NCBI RefSeq assembly: GCF_009834535.1
Contig: NC_045696.1
Coordinates: 32,242,001 to 32,306,000 of the forward strand
Reading direction: 5' to 3'
Length of the DNA stretch: 64,000 bases
Source: Camelus ferus
Lineage: Eukaryota
The notes below the pieces were generated by a model that saw only the letters and a program-made list of their open reading frames with translations, was not told the DNA's origin and did not search any database. Shown in pieces: positions 51,686 through 64,000 of this stretch. The position numbers and the translations under genes were made by a program. Position 1 is the stretch's first letter. Every line of letters starts with the position of its first letter.

Positions 51686-54600
51686 TATTTGACTCTACAG
51701 ATAAGATATACCTTTCCTGCTAAAGAAATGGGGGGAGGAAATTAAATGCAACACATATCTAGAGAACTATGGGAACCTGTTTCAATTTATATTCCATCAA
51801 ACACTAGGGAGGCTTTTATTATGAATCTTGAAACTGAAATGATCTCTTTCCTTTCTCCCCCACCCCCTTATTTAGATACTTAAGCTTTTCAGAAAATCGT
51901 AGACTTGTGCTTCTCTCTTGAGGACATCTCCTTCATAGAGGGGCTAGAAGCTGTTACCAATAATAGCTTGGTGATGATGCTACCTAATTTTTCTTGAGTG
52001 GGTGGTGAGAGGAGAGAGATTATCTCCCATCTGTGAATTGACATCTTAAAGTGGAACTCTGCAAGCTCTTCCTCATAAAAATCATACAGTATATGTATTT
52101 GTACATATATAATGACTGGCTTCTATATCTTGGAGACATTAGCGGAATTTAAATAGCTGCATCTGAAATCATAGCTACATTTCTATAATATTATTTCAAT
52201 GGGAACATATTATCCCAAATTATAAAGAATATATTTGCAAATTACTTTGGGGTCTTAGTCTATTAATATTTTTAAATGATTTATGTAAGCTTTCATTTCC
52301 AAATGAGATTTAAGGCACTTATAGATAATTTGACAATTGCCTATGCAGAGATTCATTTATAAGGGCTGATTATATTATCACTCTAAATTCAGAAATCATG
52401 GATAAAGATGACCCAGAAAGTCAAATTCTTTGATACAATAAACTTGGTCTTTAAGATTGACAAAAAGCTACCAAATACCTTATTGACACCAATGTTAGGT
52501 AATGTTGTCTCATTCAACGTTTTGGTTTTAAAAAAAAGGCATATAAAAGAAACTTTATAAATTTGCCTTTTCAAAAAGATTGATTTATTGTTTATCCCAC
52601 CGTAAAGATTGTGTTTATAATTATTTACAGAATTTTAGCTATTTGTATCATTGCATAATGCAGAGATAATTTTTAATAGGGTATCCATGTATAATACTCT
52701 TCTTAAAGAAGTGAGAAAGTATCATTAAAAAGGTAATAAAAACATTGATTAAAAGTTTATTATAATGAGATTTTTTTGTACTTTTTCTTAAAATTTACAC
52801 TTATGTTGTCTATTACTTGTACCATCTAACCTCATTTTTCCCTCAAAGGAATATATAATGTAATTAAGTGACAACATATTCTTCCTTATAATTATATATT
52901 ACATATTTAATTCTCAAGTAAACTGAATGAAAAATTAAATTTGTATAAAATATTGGGTAATTGTTCACGAAACGTAAGAGTGCTTAGAAAATACTAAACA
53001 AAATAGCTCGCATAGAAGTATTCATTTGCCTGTATGTATGTATATCTTTTTTTATACTTATCATAACATTAACGTCATTGTTTGCTAATGTTTATTTGAC
53101 AAAGCCATAAAATAAACATAGCCAATTTCATTCATATAGGGCTGGAACTGAAATCAGAAAAGCGTCAGAAAATATGTCATTGTAGATTCAGCTGAAACAC
53201 AGTAACAGATGAAGGATGTGAGCACTTCAGCGTGTAAGGATTTCTAAATACACACACACATCAAGTAGTGTCTATTTAGAAATAAAAAATTATAATCTGC
53301 AATTGAAAGTGGAATTGTTTTAAAAAATATAAATGCCAACTCACCTCTATTTGCATATTAATCTGTGGGACTTTTCTTATAAATAGAAATAAATAGTCTT
53401 TCCCTGCATGAAAATATTATAATACTTAATACCAACATAATGATAGCAATTGTTGAAAATAAATTAAAACAGCAAAATTATAGGCATTTGAGGAATCATT
53501 TATGGCTATTTAATGTTATTTTTGTCCTTGTAAATACAACACTTTTGAATTATAACAGACTGTCTCATTCTCAACTTTCAGGAAAATAAGAAATAGAGTT
53601 TAAGTATCTTTTTAAGTATAAGTGGAAATTTAAAAAAATGAAATATAATGATAAAAGTGTTATTTCATTTTCAGAAGACCATGTTTCCATCAATGATAAG
53701 AAATTACATTTACTTAAACATTTCTATAATTTTTAAATGTTGGTCCAGTTTCTTTTTCCTTTTCAAAGAAACTTACCGTATACTGAGAAATCAGACATTC
53801 AGCTGTGTGTTTGTAAGCCAATCATTTAAAAACATTTCTAGCTAAACAAACTGCATTTTGCAATAGATAGCTTTTCTCATGTCTTTGAACATTTGATAAT
53901 AACAACAAACTTTATTTTATTTGTAATACCATAGTTGGTTTATGAAATAAAATATTAGATTATGTGAAATGCAAGGTAGTATTTTTTTTAAGTAATTGTA
54001 AAGATAGGAATTGTATGCTAGCTTGACATAGATGAAAGGTTACTTGGAAGTGCATCATAGTCTAGGCTTAGCCAAATCTACCGTTAGAACAGTATAAAAA
54101 TAATTTGGAGAAGAAAAATCCATTTATCCTAAACTTCCCAATTGTTTAAATAGTTATAAAAAAATCTCTAGCATGCATAGGCAAAGGATCAAACTATAAT
54201 GACTCAACATTTCTGATAAAACTTTGTCCCCTGTTTCCAGGATTGAATCCTCAATGCAGAGGCCATCAGTCTGATATTTAAATGAATTGCAAATAGTATT
54301 TTAGTTACTATTGAAAACACGGGAGTATAACCTAGTTATCCTGCATGACTGTCCCTGAAAGTCTGCCTTGCCTCCTAGTTGAAACTTACAAGAAATAAGA
54401 TTAAAAAAGATGAAAAGGATTGCAAGCAATGATTAACTTGAATATTATGAAGATAATTGTGTAAAATATAAGATTATAAACCTTATCGGTTGTATAAACC
54501 TTAAAGACTTACTCCAAGAGCAATTTGAAAGAGAAGACCATAAAAGGCATAGGAGGTATTATAGTACTGGTTTTGAATTGCTGAAAGAAAAAATAATAGG

Positions 54601-56004
54601 ATATTGGGAGTGAAGAAAGGGATAGTGTTGTATAACACTGCCAAGGTGAGCAATGTGTGCACTGACACAGAGTAGAAAATTTCCTCATCAGAGAGCTTTT
54701 CTGTCTTGTTTTACTTTATTTCTATTTTATTTATTTATTTTTTAGTAAAATTTAATGGATTGAGAAACTCAGCCACTTCTGAATGTAATGCCCTAAGAAA
54801 TAGACAACAAAAATAACACTGACCTTGTCATAACCTAAAATGTTCATTTCGAAACTGTTCAGTTCAAAACAGAACTGCACTTGCTCTGTCACAGTGCTGC
54901 CAACAGTAATTGAAGGTAACTGTCACTTTAAAAGTAGCCATCAGCTCTGCCTAAATATACATTATTTTTATATAAAAACCCTGGTATCTTCTTTCAACAT
55001 ATATTTCAAAGAGAGCTAATACAGTGAATAAGCCTTTAAAGCAACTACATTTCTCTGTTATGCTACTGTGAAAGAAAATTGTAGTCATTAGTCAAAAAAG
55101 TGAATAAAATTGGTTATATGCTACCTAGTGACCTTGATATTGATTTTAAAAAATATTCTTATAACCTGCATGATGCCAAAACAACTACTGTTCACAACCT
55201 CACCTATATAAAGAAACTGTTTTCCATTTGAAAAACATTATACATTTGTCAGTTAAAGAAAGAGCATATCGGCCAAGTACATTTTAGTAGCTGGGATTAT
55301 ACTGAAGGTGAGAAATGATATCATTGTAATACAACTGCATACAATTTGATTCAAACTAATTATTTTAAATTTATCTTAAGCTCTATGGAGTTTAGAATAA
55401 GTAGGTCTGCATAAGAAATAATATTATTAGCTAATGTTAACAGCTAGAGTGAAGGCTGATGAAATAAACATTCTTATGTTTATTGGTTCAATTAGTCACA
55501 AATTTTGATAAGTTGTTAATGTGAACTCTCATTTTTTGCACCTCTAGTGTAACACAATAGAAATCCGTATAGATATTCCTACAATATGCTAGTATTTTCT
55601 TAAAGAAGTTATGTATGAGCCTCAGGCAATTTCTAGGTCTGTTTTAGTTCCTGGGATTTCAACTGAGAAAAGTGCCAATTAGTTCCAATTTTGATGATGA
55701 TATTTGTGATGTGGTCTCTAATATAAAATAATTTTTGGTGGGAAATTTGGTGACATGTTTCCTCGGGATACAGACAAAGACCAATATACTCAGCATTCTA
55801 TACCACTGTTTAAATGTGACATAGTCTGTCATTACCAACACATTTAAATAGAAAGTGAAAAATATCAATCCTTTTTTATGATTGCCTCTGTAATTTCAAA
55901 CATAACAGTTCAGATCCTTGGAAGCATCTCAGTGTCTGACTAGATTAAACATTTAGGGTTTGTGCTTGTAATCCAATGATAATTGTTATTGGTTATATTG
56001 ACTA

Positions 56005-56520
56005 TGCCAAGGAAAGTAATTGTCATATTAAATTTAAGTCTCCTCAGCTAAAATCATATCTGGAATACTATATTCAGTTATTGGACCCATATTTGAAGGA
56101 GACATTGATAAGCTAGGGTATACCCATAGGATAATGACCATGCCAGAAAGAGGGCTTCATACCATGGGAAGAATGATCAGGGTTACTGAGAAGTTAAATT
56201 TAAGAAGAGAATGGTTGGTTAGGGAGAATCTGCTTTTTAAAAAATACTGAATACATTGTCTTGTGGTTGATACTCTAACCTGAGTCTATAAGGCACAAGA
56301 AGCTAAGATCAGTGGGTAGATTTCCTAGGAAATTTAATATGAGATAGAATTCCCTCAAAATTATAGCTGTCTAAAATTAGAATGCCTTGCTGTTGTTAGA
56401 TATCTTCAAAGAGCAGATGATGTAAGCTGCCTCGGAGATTACAGAATTCATGCCTGGAGTAAAGAATTGGGTGAGGAATTCTCTACAGACTTATGTGATT
56501 TTGATGTTCTGTGAATTTAA
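56005..56520 (+). mobile_element. L3/CR1 3' fragment
   Basis: 'catatctggaatactatattcagttattggacccatatttgaaggagacattgataagctaggg...tagctgtctaaaattagaatgccttgc...gatgttctgtga'. Confidence 0.75.
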
Positions 56521-57159
56521 TAACTGAAATATTTCCTTGTGATAAACTTTCCCCAAATGTTTCAGTGTTCCAAATGTTCAAGACAGGAATCTATTAAGTT
56601 GAAACATGAAATTGCCAGGCTTATAAATTCAAAGTTGTTGAATAGTCGCAATTTCATTTACATCCATAGTTTTCTGAGACTAGTCTCTGAAACCGATAAA
56701 AGTGAGCAGGCCAGAAAGAAAAAAATACTGCTATTAACCTCCATTTTCTTAGCATTTGCTCGCTTAGCAAAGTTGAAACTAAATTCAGGAGATGACATGG
56801 GTTTCATTAGTAATTGGACTGGCCACAAAAATGAAATAAATAAATGAAGCTAATTGCCAGTATAGCAATCTACTTTCATAGTTGTTGACCAAATAGAGAA
56901 AGAAACAACTGAACTAAAAACAATGAAAATCACATGAGCTGGTAGTTATGAAAACTCTTCGAAAATAGAAGAGACTATGCAATTTATGCTAAATCTTTAA
57001 GGATACTAGTTTTTATGTAATAGTAAGCAGGGCGTGATAAATGAATTTATAAGGATATCATGATAGAAGTAATTACATAGAAGGAAAGTTAAACTTAATA
57101 AAAGATGAGAAATAGAAGGAAAAAAGTAGTGGGAAGTGGTGATAACCACTGTAAACAGG

Positions 57160-57325
57160 AGGCAGGACATCTGCACTCACTCCCAACTGTCACTAATTCT
57201 TTTAGGGATTCAGAGCAAGGCATGAAATTTCTCATGGCCTGAATTAGCTCATCTGTAACATGAGTAGGTTAGACTAATTGACCTCTAGATCAATCTAGGC
57301 TTTTGAAACCTAAAATGTTACTGAT
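57160..57325 (+). mobile_element. MIR/MIR3 fragment
   Basis: 'ggcctgaattagctcatctgtaacatgagtaggttagactaattgacctcta'. Confidence 0.6.
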
Positions 57326-57574
57326 TGAAAATATTCAGAAATCAAAAGAAAATCTAGAATTCTAGCAAATGCAATCTAAGAAGAATACAACAAGAAATCA
57401 ACATTTTATCATGACTAAATTAATGGTGAAAAAATATTTAGAGACCAAATTATTATTGAAAGATGTAGTCTGTGAGAAAAAAATGTACACATAATACTGG
57501 TTTTTGTGTGTGTGTTTCTTTTTGTATTTTGGTTAAATTCATCACATGGAGTTGGTTGGAATATTTGTTCAGTG

Positions 57575-58012
57575 CCTTGTTGGGTTTGTTACTGTGGTAA
57601 CCTTGAGAATAGATCTCTGCAGGAACTACTGGACCTATGACCCCAGGTTCTGTGGTTGGCATTGAAACATCATTTCCCACTAGATACTCCTAGCCAATGG
57701 CTGAACATGGCAGGGATATTAAGATAGGTCCATTCTGGAAGGACGATTGATTCCTCTGATGGTGATTCTTTTGAAGAATACCAGATGGCCTTGCCAAGTT
57801 TCCTTGAAACTTCATTGCACTTTAAAGTGTTTCCACTCAACTATTCTTCCTTCCTTCTCCCCTTCACTCAGGGTAGGGCTGCCTCACAATCTGACAGTTC
57901 CAGCCTCTAGTGGCTCCTACCTCTTTAACTGACACAGGAATTTTCTCTCATAAATTTCTTGTATATGTAATCATCTCTCCTAGCATCTTCTTCCTGGAAG
58001 ATATGGAATAAT
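57575..58012 (+). mobile_element. ERVL LTR (LTR16-like)
   Basis: 'ctcctagccaatggctgaacatggcagggatattaagataggtccattc...gatggccttgccaagtttcctt...cacaggaattttctctcataaatttcttgtatatgtaatc...gcatcttcttcctggaaga'. Confidence 0.75.
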
Positions 58013-59811
58013 GGGTCACTTAGATCTTTTCCATTTCATTTAGTTTGCTCACTTATACATTGGAGATAATAATACCTGATTAATTTGGCTAGTAGGAAAA
58101 TTATATATCATCTGTGAAAAGATAGCATTTGCTTATATGCTAGTATTTATTATTATGCTCAAAGCAAAATGGGCAACTGAGGTTTTGTTTTTTTTTATCT
58201 CACTGCTCTTATTCAAATTATGCCCTCAAACTAAATTGTCCTCTCTGCCTACACATTTCTAACTCCTCCATGACTTAGTAGAACAATCTTTAAGGCCATC
58301 TCTTTCATAAAACTTTAAAATTTAATTTCTTTCATCTTTAAAAATGACTGGTACACTTAAAATATTTTCTCTTGCATGGTCATTCATTACTTTTTGTCTG
58401 CCCCATTTGATATGGAAAATATAATGGGATCAGTGTTTTTGTTTCACCCCTATTTCTGGGAATCTCGAACCTAGGGTATCATTAAATTTTTTTGTTTTAA
58501 AATGTTTTAAAAAAATATTTGTTTGCTGGTAGCTGGTAGGTGTCATAGCAAGTAGAAATTGGCCATAGAAAAGTTTTTTTTTTTCTGTTAAATGCAATGA
58601 GAAGCCATTTATAGTTCTAAGCATGGGTTGTCAAAATAGGATCTGTGTTTTATATTGATTACCATGGACACTCTGAAGAATACAGGGGGGATGGGATTTC
58701 AGGTCTGTTCTGAAACTGAATGTTATATTTGTTATACCAAAGATGTACTGTTGCCCTTTACGTATCACTGCCTGTAACTTACTAATCATGCATTTTTTAA
58801 AAGCAGTCACTCCATTATTTTCCACCATTAATAATGAATCTGTAAGCTAACTTGTGCTATTAAACTGATGAGAAAGACATTAAGTTCTCAGGAAATAATG
58901 ACCTTTCCCATATTTAAATCTGACCAGTAACTGTGATGCTGGGAAATCAATTCAGACTGGCAGCAGCAGAGATTAAGCAATAGAAATCTAATGGGGGATC
59001 TTTCTCCCTATGCGCTGGCCTGGTCTGATAAATGGCACATGTTAAAAACTTAGAGGATTTGTTCCCTTGTCCAAAAAACTACAAGATTTATTTCTTGCTT
59101 CCTCATCAAGGAGCACGATGATAAAGGAATCTTAGGCACAGATGTATGGTGGTAGGCTTCAGAGATTCTGGTATTTGTTTTAAATACTGTAACTTCATTA
59201 TTTGGATGGATGTGGGTCCTTAGACTATTAAACATGAAGGAATGAGAATGCAAAACGTATTCCAAAGCTAAGCCAAAATGACACTCTCTCAGATTATCTG
59301 TGGTTCTTATCCCCTCCATTAGTGCAAGTAATCGAGTGTTTGAATTTGAAAGTGCAAGTTTATCTCATTGTTCCATTATAGGTAATAAAAGTGACCTACG
59401 TGAGGATATTAGATTAGTGATTTTACTTAGTATTCACCTTATGCTTAGAAAGTGTGAAATTGTTAACTCATTCAAATCAAGTCATTATCCAGTTATGTAA
59501 CAAATAGACTCGTGCTTAAAAAGCTTAACTAAGCAGGTGCAGAGAGAAAGGAGCAGCTCTATCAAATGCTTCAGGAGACCCTTTCTACTGCTGTTCTTTA
59601 TTTTTACGTCTCATTAACAGCAGTATTAACTATCACATACTGCTCATATAGAGAAAATCAGGAGAAATTAACCATTCTGCATAATCCTCTTAAAATCTTT
59701 TAAGTACAAGAAATAGTTGGCATTTTTTGTTTGTTTGATTTGTAATAATCTAGTTTCATGTCATCTTGAATCCTTCTTTTTGCCAATAGGTGGACACATG
59801 AGGACCCCTGG

Positions 59812-60168
59812 TATATTAGTTTGCTACAGTTGCTATAATAAAATACCATGAACTCAGTGGCTTAAACAACAGAAATTTATTTTTGCACAGTTCTAGATGC
59901 TGGAAGTCTAAGACTGAAGTGTTGGCAGGTTTGGTTTCTTGTGAGGCCTTCCTCTCTGCATTACAGATGGCCATCTTCTCACTGTGTCCTCTGTGGGTTT
60001 TCTCCATTCTAATCACTTTTTCTTATAAAGATACCAATTATACTGGATTAGGGCCCACCTATATGACCTCTTTAAAGGCTTTATTTCCAAATGCAGTCAC
60101 ATCCTGAATCACTGGGGGCTAGGATTTAAACATATGAATTTTGAGGGGACACAATTCAGTTCATACGA
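59812..60168 (-). mobile_element. MaLR solo LTR MLT1A/MLT1A0, near full length
   Basis: 'tattagtttgcta...gtggcttaaacaacagaaatttatt...ggattagggcccacc...catatgaattttgaggggacacaattcag'; 5-bp TSD cctgg (59807-59811) / actgg (60169-60173). Confidence 0.93.
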
Positions 60169-61039
60169 ACTGGGAAGTTTTTTCCATATATTCAGTGCAT
60201 ATTTTTCTTTATTTGAAAAATATCCCTAATTCACATGAGGGAGAGGCTCTGTAGTAGCATCAGCTCTGACACTGTGACATCACCTCTTTAGTTTTCCATA
60301 GTTACTTGCTTTTTACAATTTTTGACTGCTATGCAGAGTGAACATGGATAATCAAAACAGAAAAGTAGGAAGAAAAGAAGAGGGTGAATAAAAGAGAAGG
60401 AAGGAAAATGAATTGAGGGATGGTCAAACACAGGTCAGGACCTCTCAGATATTATAATCAGTTTTCTCTTCCTGGGTTCCATGAAGGACACAGAGGTAGG
60501 GTGTTTCAGGAGCTTTATTGACCAGTTATCAAAAAAAGGAAGTAGAGATGGGTAGCTTTTGATGTTTTTTGAGCCCAGGCTTCTGAAAAACAAGAGAAAA
60601 AAGATGTCATTATTTCTCTTTCTAAAGGAGGTAATAATCAAAGCAGTAGTTCATTGAGCTGGAACATGCCAGTTTCTCAATTCCGCCCCCTTGGGTTCCT
60701 TTTTTGTAGTGTCTTATTTCAAATTTGTTTTGTTTTAGTAGTTTTGTCCAATGTGAACGTAAAATGCTGATTTACTGGTCAACATATGGCAAAGCCTCTA
60801 ATATATGAACTATTTTTAAAACTGTCAAAGAAAGGAACACAGGGACAGCATGATCTCAGGCAGCTCTGAGACATTTCTAGAAAGTACCAAAGCAGGGCTT
60901 AATGTGGAAGACTGTGTCCCTCACCCAACTGTGCATACTTCTTTAAGATGTTTTCCTCTGAGCTTATATTTGTTTGTGATCTTTACCATGAATAATCAGA
61001 TTATTGTACAGTCTCTTTTTTGTACTTCTTTAATTTAAA

Positions 61040-62160
61040 AAATATGAAAAAAGGACAGGCCACAGATTGGGAGAAAATATTTGTGCAACCTACAGTTGAC
61101 AATGAGCTTGTATCCAAATATATAAAGAATGCTCAACAATAAGAAAATAAACAATCTAATCAAAAAATGGGCAAAAGATCTGAATATATGTATAACCAAA
61201 GAATATATACAGATAGCAAATAAATATATGCAAAGATGCCCAATACTGTATTACTTCAGGAAATTGCAAAAAACATGGAGATACCATTACACACTCCTAA
61301 GAATGCTAAACTGGCAAAACACTGACCAAACCAAATGCTAGCAAAGATGTGAAATAACAAAAAATCTGATGAATTGCTGGTGGGAATGCAAAATGGTGTT
61401 AACTACTTTGACAGACAGTTTGACCTTTTCTTAAAAAGCTAAACACAGATTTACCATATAACCCAGTGATTGCACTCCTGGGTATTTGCCCAAATTAGTT
61501 GAAAATTTGTGTCTACACAAAAACCCACGCGCCAGTGTTTATAGCAGCTTTTTTTCATAATTGCCCAAAATTGGAAGCAACCAAGATGTCCTTCAATAGT
61601 TAAATATATAAGCAAACTGTGATACAACCATACAATGGAATATTATTCAGTGATAAGATATGAGCTATCAAGCCACAAAAAGACATAGAGAAAACCTTAA
61701 ATACATATTACCAATTAAAAAAATAACTAGTCTGAAAGTTACTGTATGATTCCAACCATATGACATTCTGGGCATGGCAAAACTATAGAGACAATTAAAA
61801 AAAAACAATTAGTGGTTGCCAAGGGCTCAGGGTAAGAGAGAGAAGGAGGCATACCTGGATTATGGGGACTTTATAGTTCATTGAAACTATTCTGTATGAT
61901 ACCATAATGGTGGCTACGTGACATTATGTGTTTATCAAAATCCACAGACCTTTTACAATACAAAGAGTACAGCCTATTGTCAACTATGGACTTTAATTAA
62001 TAATATTGTTTTATTCATTGTAGGAAATGTACCATACTTCTTACAAATGTTCAAATGTTAATAGCAGGAAAAATTGTGTGGGGATAGAGGGGTTAATGGG
62101 AACTCCTTGTACTTTCTGTATAATTTTTCTGTAAACTTAATAAAACAGTCTATTACAAAT
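61040..62160 (+). mobile_element. L1MC1/2-type LINE-1 3' end
   Basis: ORF remnant NNKKINNLIKKWAKDLN...EYIQIANKYMQRC; 3' UTR 'actgtatgattccaaccatatgacattctggg...gaaactattctgtatgataccataatggtgg...caactatggacttt'. Confidence 0.92.
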
Positions 62161-62599
62161 ACATAGGAAACAAAAAGTGCTTTAATGTAGTCTCTACCCT
62201 TCTTTCCAATACTGATATTTGCTCATTGTTTTATGCATATTAAAGAGACAGTGCAGATGAGATTTGATTAATTTTATTGAATATGCTAAGAAACATAACT
62301 TTTTACTTATTTCTACTTCATTGATAATAGATCTTGAAAAACAAGAGCTAGAAATAAAATCTCCAGTAGTTTAGGAAGATTCTTTCTGGAAAAAATTAAA
62401 AGTAGCATTGTTAATACTGACCTGTTTCACAAAATATATTATTAGTCAAATTAGGAATATGAATCACTATTAATAAAGTCTAATATAAATAATTTAAAGT
62501 ATTGTGTCATTAGTAAAAATATTTATTCATAAAAACTTAGAATTAATTTTACAAATATTGTAGCGTGTTTGCCACTCTCAGCAAACCAATATACGAATG

Positions 62600-62825
62600 T
62601 TACCTGGAATTTACTGAGTACTTACCTATGCCAATCACCATTCTGAAGTTCTGTATGGACCATCTCAGGTAATCCTCAAACTTTACCACTTAATTAAGCA
62701 CTATTATCCCTATTTTACAGATTAGAATGCCTGGGCTCTACAGAAAGTAGTAAATTTTGCAGGGTTCCACAGATAGCAAGTGGTAGAACAGGATTTGAAC
62801 TCTGATTATACAGTCACTACACTGA
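62600..62825 (-). mobile_element. MIR
   Basis: 'atttactgagtacttacctatgcca...ctattatccctattttacagat...cacagatagcaagtggtagaacaggatttgaactc'. Confidence 0.85.
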
Positions 62826-64000
62826 ATAGTTAACTGCTGCGTTACCTTCCACCATCCACCATTGCGGCCTCTCTTTTATTTCAAACACTTACATATGTAT
62901 GGTATTGAGATAAATTGTCTACACAGGGAATATTAAATGAGCTACATAATTACAGTGGCGTGTTCATAGAATTTGAGGTTAGGCTTGTGAAATGTTCTTG
63001 TTAAACAACTGTAGAAAACATAACAGTAGAATAAAATTTATAATCCAAAAGCTAGTCTGAACTAATGAGCTCTGTGTGGTGAACACTGGGTGTGACAGTT
63101 ATGCTGTCACTTTCACTCTCAAACATCAGTTCTCTGGTCTATATTATTATGAGTGGCATCTATCAGTCTGTCTCTGTCTCTCTTTCTCTCTCTCTCATTC
63201 TCCTACTATATAATCTGTAACAAAGAGAGATGGAGGCCAAATCTCTAAACTGAAAAACTAGTCACATCCCCCTTCGAGATGAAATCAAATATAGGATCCT
63301 TCATGCGGATGGCTCTTTGACATTTCCACTGTAATAACTCTGGACATTTTCTGACCACAATCATTGGCTCTATTGCTTTTTGATCAGGTGTCGCCTGCCC
63401 TCATGAAAGGCTGAGTGACATTTGGCCTCCTGGGACCTCTATACATTGGAGTCTGTATGAGTGACAACAAAACTTGTAGTGCAACCCTAAATTCTATTTA
63501 CTTTGGAATTCTATTCAAGTGGACTATCAAAAAAATACCCAAATAATGTCTTCCCAATCCTGATCATCAGGGTCTATGCTGTATTTTGATGCAAGAATTA
63601 TCAATTGCTGCAATGATAAATTGTAAAACACAAAATTGATATACTGTTAAAAGCACTGCATTTGATTCAATTTGCTCTTCTTTTAATAATTGATGTAAAT
63701 ATTTATAGACATTCATTTTTTAACCTACATTTTATAATAATTTCATTAACATCCTCAGAAGTTGTATTAGGGTTTTTATTTTCACTATAATTTCATTACA
63801 ATTACATATTATTTTGGGCTGTCATCTCACCATGGCAAAATCTCTCTCTAAATTTGTTTCTTGGTATCTTTTATAGATATTCTTCCCATCTTTTTGCTTT
63901 TTTTGCCTTTGTAATAACATCTCAAATTATGTTTTCTGTCGTATTTTTTGGTGAATAATTGATGAGAAAGTATAGTAGATTTTTAAAAGTTGATTCTGTA

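Noticed and set aside
63091..63112. Hairpin gtgacag-ttatg-ctgtcac
   Set aside because: A 7-bp stem is expected by chance in 64 kb; too short for a pre-miRNA or MITE
1..64000. Prokaryote-type systems (CRISPR array, operons, defence islands), tRNA/rRNA/snRNA genes
   Set aside because: The sequence is mammalian and repeat-rich; no repeat-spacer array, long ORFs or recognisable structural RNA genes were seen

Overview
AT-rich, CpG-depleted eutherian mammal genomic DNA, intergenic or deep-intronic. I find no supportable protein-coding gene, RNA gene, CpG-island promoter or CRISPR array. The short ORFs supplied are chance ORFs or read-throughs of decayed transposons; only 28657-28848(-), 22160-22429(+) and 61129-61341(+) carry recognisable LINE-1 ORF2 residues. 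The window is a mosaic of ancient repeats (L2, MIR, L3/CR1, MER5/MER20/MER104, MLT1, LTR16, L1MB/MC/ME) plus a few younger insertions whose L1 3' UTRs resemble camelid (alpaca/camel) L1. The absence of Alu, B1/B2, Bov-tA, PRE1 and SINEC elements fits that assignment. I did not find a novel multi-gene system. The most notable structures are: (1) a TSD-flanked, polyadenylated ~95-bp retrocopy of an LTR-like 3' end 14 bp from an ERV1-type solo LTR (18.4-19.0 kb); (2) a nested L1 cluster (27.6-29.9 kb) with a TSD that records opposite-strand CpG decay; (3) several repeat-free, CpG-retaining blocks that look like conserved enhancers, best at 42.4-43.0 kb with overlapping Pbx-Hox motifs and Meis motifs. 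Repeat family names come from recalled consensus sequences, not a database search, and boundaries are approximate unless a TSD is given.
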